This document shows, piece after piece, positions 37,601 to 52,700 of a DNA stretch of 64,000 nt. Origin of the DNA: Podarcis liolepis. Taxonomy: Eukaryota. Made by a program: the position numbers and the translations under genes. Within the stretch, counting starts at the first letter, position 1, and each line of letters opens with the position of its first letter. The stretch lies in assembly GCA_965112155.1 (NCBI GenBank), contig OZ218101.1. One strand, 5' to 3'. The notes below the pieces were generated by a model, which did not search any database, was not told the DNA's origin, and was given only the letters and a program-made list of their open reading frames with translations.

Positions 37601-40600
37601 CACGCCAGTACAGGTAGATAAATAGGTACCGCTGCAGTGGGAAGGTAAATGGCGTTTCCGTGCGCTCTGGTTTCCGTCACAGTGTTCCGTTGCGCCAGAA
37701 GCGGCTTAGTCATGCTGGCCACATGACTCAGAAAAACTGTCTGCAGACAAACGCCTGCTCCCTTGGCCTGAAAAGCGAGATGAGCTCCGCAACCCCAGAG
37801 TCCAGGGGTCCTTTACCTTTACCTTACCTATCCAGGTAGTGAATAGAGCTAAACCTGTTTAAAATAAGCAAGGTGGGAGCCTCAAGTGCCTTCAGACCAG
37901 GCCCTGGCCATGCTGAATATAATGATATACGTGAGCTTCTGAATCCACTATGGTATTACCACTGACATCAAAGGCCAAGCATGATAAAGGAAGAGATGGG
38001 TGAGATCTGCGGCTGTTGCTATGCAGAACTAACAGGTCATAAAGGATATTTCTGAATTATGAATTAAGCCACTAAGAGTTTTGCGCAAAGTCAAAATTTA
38101 GTGTCACCACTTGCATCCCATTCTACATCATAGCAGAGGCTCCTCCTGCAGTGCCCCGAAGACCCTGCACCCAGTGCAACCAAACCAGTCTCGCTCCCCT
38201 AAGTCCACCTCTGGGAACAGATTAGAAACTACCTTATACTGAGTCAAATCATTGGTCCACCCACCTCAGTACTATAAATAGTGACTAGCAGTTCCTCTCC
38301 AGGATTTCAGGCAGGGGTCCCTACCAGGTCTACTCAGAGATGCTGGGGATTGAACCTAGGACTTTCTGCATGTAAAGTAGATGCTCTACCACTGAACTTT
38401 CCAACATGGGGGGAAACTCTTAGCCTCCCTGCAAAAGTGGTCTTGACTTTTACTCAGGGCAACTGATTAGTCACTATGGATAGCAGGGTGCTGGACCCAA
38501 TGGACCTTTGGCCTGATTCAGCACCGCTCTTCTCATGTTCTTCTCCCATGGAAATGAATAGAACATGGACCACAGGTGGGTAGTTGGCACCTAATACACC
38601 CCAGTCATCTTAGGAAACAAATGAATAATGACTACCACCCATAGTTTTCAGATATATATATATATATATAATTTACCTTGGGTAGCTTCTTCCTATTGAG
38701 GAATAAAGGCACAGCATCCCGACCTGAATTCAGTGGTATCACTTCTTTTATTTCAATGGTGTCATCGGCCAAAAAATAATGTAGCACCACTTCTCGGACA
38801 TCCCCAAACATGCTTTCAGTGTCATCCCAAACGCCATAAAAACGTAAAACGTGTCCGTCATGCTCCAGAAATTGTTGAAGTGTATCAAAGCGCTCATATG
38901 GACGTAAAGGTTTCATACTATCTATCAACTGCAGGTCAGGAGAGAAGAGGTGAAAGCTTTTCTTATGTACAGAAACATCTAGTTTTCATAATAAGCATTA
39001 TTTCTAAACATTTCAGCAGCTTTTAAAAATGTATTCCTTACAGGAGCCACAAGGGTTAGAGTCAGGAACGCCCACTCTCTGTTGCCCCTTGTGACAAGTC
39101 ATTCAGGATTTTCACAATGCTGGGGTATATGTCAATTGGGTTAGAGCAGGTAGAATATATGCTCAATGTAAACAAGCATCTGAATAGCACTTTCACCATT
39201 AAAACAGTTTCCGTAAAGTGAGGTACTTGAAATCCACTTTTAACACCAATTTATAAAACTGAAAACCCTCAGTAAATAGCAATACTTCTATGACTACCTT
39301 ACCACCAGGCGACTTTTTATTTTTATCTATGTAATTACCTGTGGAAGGGGTAAAAGGTATGGCTTTTTTTCTTCCTGAAGTTTGTCCTCCCCATATAAAA
39401 CAATACTAAACAATAAACTAAACTGTTCAGTCCTTATTAATCAACTGGGGGGTGTTTCTGTTCTCAAAGGGGACCTGTTAGTATTCTTTAAAATTATTAA
39501 CTTAACTTGTTAGATCAGGGAGAGTATGATATGGAGATGGCAGAGATAAGGACAAAGGAGAGTCAGGAGTGGTGGGTGGAAGGGCTGGGAAAGAAAATAT
39601 GTGAAGAAGAAATTGTTCATGTCCAGAGCTGGAACATCCTAGTGATGAGACAAAACAGCCTATGGGAAGTCCATGTGGTGCCCTCCAGAAGCTGTGGACT
39701 ACAACTCCCATCAGCCTCAGCCAGCATGGTCAACACCAGGGATGAGAGTTGTAATCCAAAACACCTGAAGGTTACCACATTGCCTACCCCTGCCCTAGGC
39801 ATTGTACGAGTAGCATCAGAATAAGCTTGTGTACTTTGAGAAGGCTGAACTTTTACCTGCAAATTACAATGAAATAAACCTGGGTGAATCGGGGGCAGAG
39901 GAAAGGAAGAGTGAAGGAAGCACAAAGCAAAGAGAACTACCTCCACCTTCTAATTTCTTTAGAACACTTACTGCTGATATTGTGACATCACAGAAGCAAA
40001 ATGCAGAAGGGGCAAGAGGAAGACTGGGAAAGGAGTGGAGAAGGAAGCAGGGATCCAAGATAAGAAGGGATGGAAAAGGAGATCTTTTTGCCTCCCTATC
40101 AACACATGGGTCCCAGCCACTGGTTAATCTGCCTTGATGTTGCAAACTCGAAAAGTAATCATCATAAAACATTAAAAACTAATGCAACAGCTGTGAGGAA
40201 AGAGAGAATTTAGTTTAGTTGGGAAGGACGTAAGTGGTAGGAGAGCTGTGGATATAGCAGGCTAATAGCCAAAGCAGTGTAGTAAATAAGAGCTCTGGAC
40301 TTTGGCCAGGAGGAGCTGAACTGAAATCTTTTTGCTCAGCCATGAAACTTAGTGGGTGGCCTTGGACAAGTCACTATCTCTCTGTCTAACTCTAACCCAC
40401 TGCACAAAGTTGTCGTGAAGCAAAAGTGGGACAAATTCCAGGTCAACCAGCCTATGCTCCTTGAAGGAAAGATGGAATAAAAGCATGATGCAAGTAATAA
40501 CCTAGAAGATGTCAGTACTCTGAGGAAAGTTTCTCACAGGGCCTGGGGACCTAAAAGTACATGCTGCTGCTAAAGGGAATGAGTATACAGAGTGCAGGGA

Positions 40601-43600
40601 CTCTGAATTTCACAGACAGACAAATCATTATACCTTGTATTATAGATGACCATAACAAACCGATATTGCTGTTGTTAAACAAATATTTCACAAGATACAA
40701 AGAGATCAAGACATAAAAAGTAACAATATGGTAGGTGTTCACTTGGTGGGGGGGGACAACCCATAAAGAAGGTGAATCTAGGGTGCCACCATTGAGAAGA
40801 CCCTTTCCTTCACTTCATTTGGTGGGGACACACAGAGCAAGTTTCCCATTATGTGTTTATTTCGTTGTTCATTGCTACATGTACATCTCCATTTTTCCCT
40901 TCAAGTTGGCATGATGCATGGCTTTTACCCCCACCCCATTTCATCCTCCTAACAACTCTGTAAGGTAGTTTAGGCTGAGAGATGATCACTGGGACAAGTT
41001 CACCCAGTGAGCATCATGGTGAAATGGGGATTTGAATATGAGCCTCCCAGATCCTAGTCTAACACTCTAAACAACACACCACATCAGTGTTATTGACTAC
41101 TACTATGCTTTTCATGTCTTTCTTCTGTGGCTAATTTTTATGTTGTCTTTCAGGGGGATTGTTCTTTGTAACTGGCCTGTTTTATTGATAACAGCTTTAA
41201 GTTTAGTTTTCAAGAAAAGTGGAGTGTAAATGCCAACACACAGAGCTAAAAGATACTACAGGCGCCACTCACTTATCAGTGAAATATACTGTTGAAGGAG
41301 TTATATTCTACAGTGCATTATTATAACAACAGAGAGATGAACAATTCTCTAAATCTGCCATGGACTGACGCAGCAGTCCTCCTGGAGAATAGATCACAGT
41401 TAGATTTGCCCGATTTAGCTGGGCTTAAGATATACATTCCCAGTCAGTTATTTTACATGCCAGCTAAAACACCAAGTATGGTAAATAAATAACAATGGCA
41501 ATATAAATAGAAATATAGCTTCCCTAGCAGTTGTTATATGCAGTTCAACTAAAAACAGTTCCATCACAATTCCTTTTAGAGACAGAGGAACGGATAAGGG
41601 AGGAAGATTAACAATGCAATTCCATACATGTCTACTAATAACTACCTACATGTCTTACTCAGAAGTAAAGAGACATACAGGAGATTGCACTGTAATCCAA
41701 TTAAGGCAATATTTATTGTCATTTGCAGTGCAAAAGATTTTTGTTTATTTATCAAAATTTGCAGTTCGCAAAGGACAAAGGATCACCACCCTCTTCCTAC
41801 AGTTTCTGATTCCTTTTGCCTCATGTCATCCTGCAAAAGAACTGTAATGCTGGCATAAGACGGGACAAACAATACCACAGAAAGTGGCTTTAAATGCATC
41901 TAAACGTTACTAGTATCAATATGCTTAAACTAGGATCACAAAAGAATTTGCCATTCAGAAGGTTGCCATTCAAAAGTTAGATTGTTGCCATCCCAAAATA
42001 TATTACAAATTGGAACTATAATAATTGTGCATGTTCATGCTAATGTTTTAGACTACAGCTAGGTTTCTGACAAATGACACTGAAGGTCATCAGTAAAATG
42101 TAGAAGGCAGGTTAAGCTTGGCCAATATATGACAGATCAGGAGATTTATTCTACTTAAGCTCTCTCTGGAGTATTTATTTATCACCATGTTTCTCTCCAA
42201 GGCTTTAAAACAAACTTGCTATGAATACATTACACCCTCATTCAGCAAAACAAAGTGTCTACCAAAAACATTCAATGGGATCAGCAGGAAAACAATTGAA
42301 TTGGAATTGTACTACAAGGGATATATAGATGGACAAAGCAAAAGTTTCATATACTGGGGGCTTTTTTGCAATTTTTAAATTTATTTTAGAGACCTGAAGG
42401 CCTACACTCAGCAGCTAATTTTGCATCAGTAAGTAAAATCTAGCTCGCATCTTCATAACAACTTTATACTGCCTTTCTGGTTTTTGCACCCTAGAACCTA
42501 GGTATGCTTTCCCACAACACTCAATGACTATCTACTTTTCCTGGCGGATGCTACCCTGATTTTCAACATTCCATGACTTAATCTGTCCACTCAGGAATAA
42601 GAATATATGAGAATATTCTCTGACATCACAGCTACTCAACCTTTGGTCACAAGCGAGTTGCAGAAACAGTAGGAAAAATTCCAGCTGCTTCTTGCCCGCG
42701 TCTCTACAACCCATTTCCCCACAATTATTTCCTTAGCTCTCTGCTTCTATATGTACCTCTTCATAAATTGTTCAATTTTCCCAACCATGTGTTGTCTAGC
42801 TGTTACCAAAGAATCTCTTTCCCTCCTCCTCTCAACAATATCTCACTTCCCATTACTTCAGCTCTGTATCCTGAACTTTCTCCTGTTCCAATCTCCTTTT
42901 TCCTCCACTCCATTATCTCTTACTCCTCTTCCCTTGACACCCATTTCCTATGTCCCTCTTCACCCTTTTCATCATCATTGTTCTTCCTTTGGTGTCTGCT
43001 TGCTAAATTCCTTTTTATTTCCCCTTCAGGCTCCATCTTTAGTCCCATACTCCAATCCACGGAATTTAGGTATCCTTTCCCTCAGTTTCACAGGCCGTCG
43101 GATTCCTTACAGGTATCCTGCAGGATAAACTAGTGCATTTGTGAAATGAGTGGTTTTCAGCCATGACATGCGACCTTTCCTCATCTCTCCTTTTTTCGTA
43201 TTGTGCTTATCAGCCCATTCTTCCTTCAGCTACTTGACTTGCACCTTTAATCTCACTCATCTCCCTAGATTTCTTATTCTTCAATCCCTACTCTATCCCA
43301 TGTGAACAGAACACAACAATTCCTATCCCTGGGAACTGGATGGGATCTTTCAGCAACCTCATTTCCTTGGGGCCCCCCTTACTGCAACCCCCTTTTGCTT
43401 CCATCCATCTTTCCCTAAGGTTTCTGCTTCTAAGGCCAAGGGTCGCCTACTAGGTCCTCATCCCTTTACCCACTCTGCCACTGGACTGTCTTTCAGTTCC
43501 CTACCTCCTGTGTCCCCTCCTTATTCAGTGTCCCCTCCTTAGCCTCATTGCCTACCTAGAGCTCCAGTCTCTTAGCCCCACCATCCTGCCAACAGCCCAT

Positions 43601-46600
43601 CATTTCTCCAGCACTTAAGGCCAATGAATCCAGATCTTATGAGCCCACATTAAATCTCCATCAGTTCAACCATATGGGTTACTATAGTCTAAATGACTGT
43701 TTATCTGACAAGGCTACCCTTGCCATATAATGGTATTATAGACAAGCAGGCATTAGACATCAGTAAACATTCAAGATTATTTTTTTAGAATTCATCTCTA
43801 CTAGAAAGAGAGCACATCCCTGTGTCTGCTCTCCTTCTCTTCTGCAAATGGTATTTATGCGAACATGAGATGAGAACACCTATATGTCAACTAGTCACAT
43901 TTATTACTGAATTAATCAAGATTTTCAGCTCAAATAGCACTGATCTGTATACATAACCAGTTCTGCAAAGGCTCTGGGGAGCTTAAATAATAAACTGCAA
44001 AAACCTTTTTGATCATTCGTTGAAAGGTCTCAAAAAGATGGGGAATAGGGTCTGTGTGTGTGTGCCTTTGACCAGAGCAATAAATTGATTAAAGTAACAA
44101 ATCATATTGCTTTTTCAGGGAGCTTTGGGTTTACTGTTCATTAAACACCATTTTGGATGACAGGTTCATAGCATGGAATATGGTATATACATTTTAAATA
44201 AATAAATTCAAAGAAAAACAATTTCACATAACATGTACTGTACAAGATTGTGAAGTTCAACTCAGAAGGAAGCCTCATTGTGTTCAATGGAGTTTATTCC
44301 CAGGTACGTACACAGAGCTGCAGTGTTAAAAAATAATTATAAGCATTTTCTTTTCTACTTTTACAGTTTTCACTAATCTGCTGTTCAATATTTATTTACA
44401 TATGACAGCAGTATACTACATAAATGCACCGGATTTCACAATAGCCACTAATGTCTACCGATTACAGTAGTACGCTATGCACAAAGCAAAATGAAAGAAG
44501 GAAACCAGATTTTAACAGACTGATTCATCACCGGATGTATTGAAAACACTGGATTTTACATCAATGGTAAATATAACACTATGCAGACACAAATTGTGTG
44601 CTATTTTGCTTCCATCTTCTGCTCTCCATTATGAAGAGAACAGAATTCAAGTCGAGAAATATACTCAACAGTTTTAGGCTGAAATCTTATGCACAGTTAT
44701 CTGGGATCAGCAGTGGCCTGTGTGATGGGGCAGAGCCTTCTCAGCACAAGCATCACTGTAGCTTGCCTAGATGATGCTGAGGCCAGGGCTGCATGGATGC
44801 ACTGGTAGACTCAATTCAGCGGCTCACTCAACTCCACTGCCATCCTACCCCATCCCAGTACCCTCCAGTAGCAGTGACGATGGTGTCAGGAGGGTGGCTC
44901 TGCAGCTCTGCCCCACCATACTACTTACTGCTTCCTGGGAGGCGTAAGCTCCATTGAATACAATGGATCTAACGTCTGAATAAATAGGCATGGGATTGTG
45001 CAATTATTACATTATGTGGCCAGTTCAGATAAGCTTTTTACCTTAACCGGCACATTCTGGATTTGTTTTTCTTCTAAAATAAAATAAATTCACAATGTTA
45101 ACAACTCTGCATTTGAAATCCCCTGGTGTCAGGGACTGGGCAGAGGAGGAATGATGGAGACCACCTCCCCATCCTGGCCCTTGCAAGGAGGAGGAAGAGA
45201 GTACAGATTTACAACAGGGGTTTGAGGGAAGTACAGTGGTACCTCGAGTTACAAACGCCTTACAAAGGCTTCAGGTTACAAACTCCACTAACCTGGAAGA
45301 GTTACCTCGAGTTGAGAACTTTGCCCCAGGATCAGAACGGCAGCAAGAGCCCCCATTAGCGAAAACACGCCTCTAGTTAAGAATAGTTTCAGGTTAAGAA
45401 CGGACCTCCAGAACAAATTAAGTCCATAACTAGAGGTACCACTGTAGCAGCTCAGAGGCAGATGAGGGGGAAAGCTGGGAAATTATGGGAGATCCAGAAA
45501 AATACCCAGCTGACATGCTGTTATTCCAGACCCTCCACCTCCCAGAACCTGGCAAGCCTTAAAAGTAGGAAAGCAAAGAGCTCAAAGACAGAGGGCATGT
45601 AGCAGCACCCATAGAGAAGACGATGAGAATGATGAATGAGAAAGTGGGAGAGACAGGGGGTAGAGATTCACTCAGGACAACAACATTATCCAAGAGACTG
45701 GGTTCTATAGCCTCTCTCTGTAAAGATTGAAATAAAAAAGAATGGTAAGGTAAGAAGCTTTTCCTTGTCCTTATACTTTCCTGGGCAACCAGCCTGGAGC
45801 CGCTGACAGCATCCTGTCACTTGTACGAGAAGGGGTTTTATCATAAGCATGCTATAAAAAAACATTCCGATTATTTGGGCAATGCAACCAAGCATGTACT
45901 GAACCAGCACTGCTAGAGCTAACCTTCTGACGTTCTTTGGTATAGGGATCATCTGGACACTTTACTGGACAGTTCAATCTGACTCCCATTTTCCTCAAAA
46001 AGTTTTTGGTGAATTGATCACAGTCTATAATCCTATATCTTCGACCATAAAAGATTAGCTCTGTATCGATGTTGAAATTATCTACAGTATAGAACTGATC
46101 TTCGTTAGGAGGCGGAAGTGGAACCCGATGACGCCGAAGAATTGTTCCTGTATTGAAGAGGAAATGCAGTTAATATCATATATTCCAACCTCTAACATTA
46201 CACTAAAGTTACTTGATATAGAAAATACTGTTACTGATATGAAAAATTGAGACCCCCAAAAGAATAATAATTCTAAAAGCAGAAAACAAAACAGTTTTTA
46301 AAAAATAATAAAGTTATAGCACTTTAAAGAGATAAGAAAAAATGATATTCTCTTAATACTTGTATTCCAACATATTATAAATATGTACTTTTACTGAAAT
46401 CTATCAGTCTGCATTCCTAAGAAATGAACTGTGAACCAAAAGCTAACAGTAGTCACAGCCAAATAAAAGAAATTAATTCTAACTCCCAAAATCACTGGAC
46501 CAGTTTATACATTTGACAGAATCAATTGCTGAATCTCTTTCAGGCTTCATCAGAAAATTCAAACAGTATCACATATTTAAATACTTCTCCATCTTAAAAA

Positions 46601-49600
46601 AAGAAAAAAACATATAAAATTAACATATCAGAGGATTTAGCCTAGGTTCATTATTAACATGCTGTTTTTCTTTGTGCAGCGTGTTTCTTTTACATTCTCT
46701 GTAGCTGCTCCTGGTCAGTGGAACTCCCTGCCTCAAGAGACTCATCTGGCCCCACCTCCTATGACATTCTATCACCAAGTTAATAAGTTTTCATTTAGGC
46801 AACCATTTGGTTTGCCTTCTGCCAGAGTGCTTAATCTGCCTGATGTACAGTGGTGCTGTGCTATGTTTTTAGTTTAGCTTGTAAATGTGTAGTTTGATTT
46901 TAAACTGCATTTAAACTGAATTTTTCAGATAGTATTGTGAGCTGCCTTTTAAGAGTAGAAAGGTGTGTTATAAATCCAATAACTGAATACACACATAGAT
47001 AAAATGCAACCATCCACATGCAACTAGAAGTGGTTTTACAGCTTGATATTTGAATAACTCCAAGCCCTGAAAAAGTGGCCCTATGTCTGAAATATTAGCA
47101 CTGCAGTGAGTGGGGAGGAGATTCAGGCCACTGGCAGAGAAGAGAGTCAACATGGGGAATAAGTCATCATAATGATTATGAAAGTTATAATTTTTTAAGA
47201 GTATTTAGGAGCATTTATTTATTTATTTGGACTCCAGCAACATACAGCATATTTAAAAACTAAAAACATAAACACATTACAGTACTATTGACACATTCAT
47301 ACAAAAACACATGCCAATTCAGAAAAATTATACAAAGCAATCCCACTCTATAAAAGCCACTGGAAGCTTTCACAGCATACTGTGATAATGACATCATTAT
47401 CACAGTCCATCAAAATCCACAGGGGAAAATGTGATTTTTTAAATTTGGCACCAAAAATATGTCAGCCAAGGTGCTGGGTGGACTTCACTGGGAAGAGCAT
47501 TCTATAGATGAGGAGCTTAACTGAAAAGGCCCTCTCGCTTGTCAGGGGGAACTATCCATTAATTTTTTCTATAAACCTCCAACACTTAAAATTGATAATA
47601 ATATCAAAACAAAGCTTTCACGGTTTTTGCCAAGGAGACTATTAAGTTGTGGATGAACATATCAGATGACACAGCGATTCTTCCAAAGCAGCTCTTTATT
47701 TGTAAACTGGAACAGAACTGAACTGAGGAGCTCAGTCAGCCTGCTTATATAGAGCTCCAGAACAGCATAACTGTTTTTTTCCCCAAATAATTTTTATTAA
47801 CAGGCCAATCACATCACATTATCCATATCACATTAATTCCAAATTATACAGCCAGATTTTAAATTTTGTTGAGGGTACCCATACATCAAGCTCCGCACGA
47901 GTCCAAAACAGGCATCAATTATCTTCCTGCTTTAATTAGTCAGTTCTATCCAGTTTGATCCGGATAGTCCTTTGTTACTTCTTTTCTCTTCTTGTTGTTA
48001 TCGTGTATTCCTTTCTTTGCGATCTCTGATGATTTTCACAAGCAGATTAAAAACTGGTATCTCCGTGTGGGTTTTGTACTCTTCCAAAAATCATATCGGT
48101 CAGGGACAGCCTCTGTTAGAACAGCATAACTGTTGCAAGTTTCTAAAACTATCCAATCACTGAATGTCACTTTTCGATCCTTCATTTGCATACAAACTAT
48201 CCAATCACTGAACGTCACTTTCGATCCTTCATTTGCATAACTATCTACAGTATCCCCCTGCTGGCCCAGGGTGAGAACTTCAGTACATAACAGAGACAAA
48301 GGTTTCGGAATAATGAGAAAATATGCAGAACACAGTGAATAATCACAAAGGTGGCAGGGCAGCTTTTAAACTGCTTGCAGGGGGAAAGCCAACAAGAGCT
48401 GAGGAGGGTGTGGTTTAGAAAGAAGATGGAAAACTTTATGATAGTTTAAATGGCGGAGGGATAGAACTAGGCATTCAGATTACAGGGCATGTGTTAGCAA
48501 TTCAGAGAGGCCAAAGCTCAATAGCCTAAAACGCAAGCACCGAAGACATTTGGAGAGATATACTATATGTAAGTGTATATATGCTAATGCTAGAAGCCTC
48601 CAAGCCAAGATGGATGAACTGGAATGCTTGGTCTTAGCATACAGTTTTTATATAGTGGTGGAATGAAGAGAATGGTGGGACATCTTGTCTGTGGATACAA
48701 ACTCTACAGGAAGAGGACATACAGGCAATAAGTGTTGTTCTGTACATCAAAAGACAATATAGAGTCCAACAAGCTAAAAATCCCCAAAGGGGAAGACTCC
48801 TCCATAAAATCACTGTGGTTGGTGATGCAGCCCCCCAAGATTAATTTACTACTGGTGGTGTGCTATCACCCCTTGACCAAAATGCTCAGAGTGATATTGA
48901 GATGGAGAATGAAATCAGGGAGGCATCCAAAAGAGGAAATGCTGCAGTAACAGGTGACTTCAATTACCCTCACATAGACTGGGTACATGTGTGTTCCAGT
49001 CAGGACAGAGTGGTAAATATTCTAGAGACACTAAATGACAGTGCCTTAGAACAGTTAGTCATGGGGCAGACGCTATACAAGATATTTGATAGCATTTATT
49101 GGTGAATTCCACACTTCTTTTGTTTCTTTTACATGTGCTCGGAAAAAGGATTTTGGGACGCTAGACTTCGTGATTGTTGGATCAATTCATCAAGCTCTGG
49201 TGGATGATTTAGAAGGACTGGGTCCGGCATCACTTTCGCTGCCTGTGTGTGCCTGTACCCATACTCAGCAGAGTTACATCTCAATGCAGCTCCTTCCTTG
49301 GAAGTGTCTTCAGGGTTGAAGTAAGCAATAAACACTCATGGACACCAGAACGATTCAGTCAAGTGTAGAAGGTATACTTGACAGGCATAAAAGTGTATTG
49401 GTAGCAAATATATACAGGCATTCACCACTGCCGTGGTCAAGGCATGCTTAGAGTCCAACAAGAGTCCAAGACTTTCTCTCTGCTTCTCTCACCGCAAGGC
49501 GCAAGCAAGAGACTCACAACAAGTTACACAGAATCATTGTTATCAGCATTTCCTGTCACACTGCACCTGCCCAAAGAACAGTTCCCACAGAAACTGTCCT

Positions 49601-49671
49601 TGCACAGATGAAACAATCTCAGCCTTCTGCTGCTTCTTGAAACTTCTTCTGTTTCTGGAACAAATGATTCT

Positions 49672-49718
<47 letters not shown>

Positions 49719-52700
49719 AGGGAGAGAGAATATCAACACCCCCTCTCATTTTTACAGAAACAATAGAGACCATGACCATGTAAGGAGTACTTACACATCA
49801 TGCACTGCAAAACCCCAACATTTTAACCAATTCAGCATGTCTCTGAAAAACTAAGATTTGGTTACACACCAGCAGCAATCAGTTTGCTTCCTGGATGTCC
49901 ACCACACCAAGGAATCGCCAAACTGAAACACCATACTAGACACTGACTCCCAGTCAGGCAAGCAGGACCAGTCACTTTATACAAAGCACTTCAGCTCCTC
50001 GGGTCTTGAGGATGACCACTTAAGACAGTACAGTGGTACCGCGGGTTACAGACACTTCATGTTACAGATGTTTCAGGTTACAGACTCTGCTAACCCAGAA
50101 ATAGTACCTTGGGTTAAGAACTTTGCTTCAGGATGAGAAGAGAAATCGTGCTCCGGCTGTGCAGCAGCAGCGGGAGGCCCCATTAGCTAAAGTAGTACCT
50201 CAGGTTAAGAACAGTTTCAGGTTAAGAACAGACCTCCAGAATGAATTAAGTTCTTAACCTGAGGTGCCACTGTAACTACAAATAACAAAAACATGTTCCA
50301 GCCCCCTCCAGGCTACAACAATACATAGAAACTTGTGATACACAGAACACCACCTTTTCATCTCTTTCTCTCTGACTTCCCTCCTCCCTTCAGCTTTGGG
50401 AGAAAATGGACTCTGCCTTTTGGGAAAAGAGATGAACACCTCTTGGCTTCTTCATTAGCCTAAGAAGAATGATCACAGAGAAAATTGCTCCCCTTCTGGG
50501 AATTCTCCTCCCAGAATATCGGGTCCACTCTACTGGCACAGAGCAAGAACCCCCTCTGTAAATAACAGACATCACTCCCTATGTTCCTGGAGATTTAACA
50601 GCTATGGGCACTGTACTCAAAACTTGACTGCACAGCTTGCACACTTGCATCCCATACTGCTCCAGAGGGATACGAAACACTCCTGCTTTCAACTCTGCAG
50701 GAAACTGACTTCAGGCTAACCACCATTACTAGACTGCTGTTGGAGCAAACCGTCTACCATCTACACAGCATCCATGGAACTCACTGCCACTAGACTATAA
50801 ACACCACAACGTAGGCAAAACCATTGACCAACTAGTTATGCAAAACACAAGTAGGCTCCTCCTGAATTCACCTCAGGAAATGGGAAACACTAAGCATCCA
50901 GCTTAAGCCCAGAAAACACAGCTTGTACAAGCTTACCCCGCCTGTTGGGTACCCCAAGATCTACTTGGCACAGGCTTTAAATAAACATTGTCAACCACCA
51001 ACAACATCACCAGCTAATCAAACTGCAACACCCCTCAGGACAATACTTCTCCCCTCTGGGAGTGGGAGTAGCACCTGCTCCTTGCTGAGCAGAGTGCGGA
51101 TGATGACACCAGCTCTTTACCGTGGTCTGAAACTGAAACCATTTAAGCTGTTACCTGGAACTAGCCAGTCCAGAAACGTCTGGTAGCTGAATCTGGCCCA
51201 ATTCCAGCCAGTCAATCATTCCCATTAGAGTGAGACTGATGCCCTGTCGAAGGCCTTACACATCTCCTCCCTAGTTGCAGACACAGACTAAAACAAGCAA
51301 ACTTCCAGCTTGTGAGCCTGAGGGGAAATCAACCCCCCTCTTCCGCTTCTGCCTATCGCACACCAAAATAAAACTCAGCCTGAGCTAGTTGTTCAAGGCA
51401 ACTCTGCATTTCAAAGCAGAAAAACAAATAGATAGCCCTGCCAAACTCGCCTCAGCGATATCAGACAGCACTTTTCAGTTGTGAACTCCTGAAAAGTTTT
51501 GTCCTCTATTTTGAGAGAACTCCATAAGCAAAACATATTTAAACAGTACACATTACACGATTAAAACAGGAAAAACTTCAGCAAAAAAACCCTCTCCTCT
51601 CCCACTCACAGCTTGCAGACTGTATTTGAGCTCTGCATCTGAGACTGTGAGATTTATTGCAAACTTTACTCCCCCCTCTGAACCAGGGGAAAACCAATTA
51701 ACATTTTACCTTGTGTAAATCAGAAACTATTGCCCAAGGCCAATGAATTATGTTCTGAATATCACCATATCAATAGAATTCACACCTGAATTCACATCTG
51801 AAATTCAAAGGTATTCCAAGATCTTTACAACTGACAGACTTAGTATCGTGAGATCGTAAAATATAAAAACAAGAAAACTTAATCTAGTACAAAATGCTAT
51901 CTTTCTACTGTGTCTCAATCAACATGATTAAAATCTGTCTGCTGTTTCTCAGAGAAATGCATACATCTGATCGCAGACTGTGAGGTCTTTCAACTATCAA
52001 TTTCATGATATCATAATTCTTGTCTTATGACTGGGTACACTATGGTTCCATCCCTACTACTCCATTTAACACTGTTGGGGTGTTGCGAGTCTGCAATCAT
52101 CTGGAAGGGGAATTCGAGTGGTATTAAAACCTGAAGTGGCCAGCCACATAGCAAAGAAAGGAGAAAATGCCTTCTGCTAAAAAGGAATGGAGCACTTTCT
52201 GAGTATTCTTTTAAACTATTTTTAACATTTAGTAGCAGAATGCTGTTCTACACTTCTACACTCTGCATCACATTTTTCCAAGAACTGCTTTGCAACAAAG
52301 GAGCCAGGATAAGCAAAGGGGATCATTCGGGCTCTTCTGGCTCCAGGGAAGAGCAGGGGACTCAACACAACTCAGACCCAATTGTTTTGTGATGTCCTCG
52401 CAGCAAGGCTGCAAATCAATACTTTCCCTTTGGATGAACAATTTTTAAGAAGGTGCACAGTGCAGTGTGGTGCTTTGTGTAACCTATAAATTTCTGAAGC
52501 AGATGTTCTTCCTCCAAATTTAGCTAAACACCAATTAAAATCACTGGTGTTCTGGCTAGCTTTCCCTATGTTTACTTGGAACTAAGTCCCACGGATTATA
52601 AAATAACTGTCTAGTAAGCAATACTGCCTTCTTACCATCCCACTGTACCTCCGTTCTCAAATAAGCAATAGTACACATGTGGGGATGTCTCCCTTGGCAC

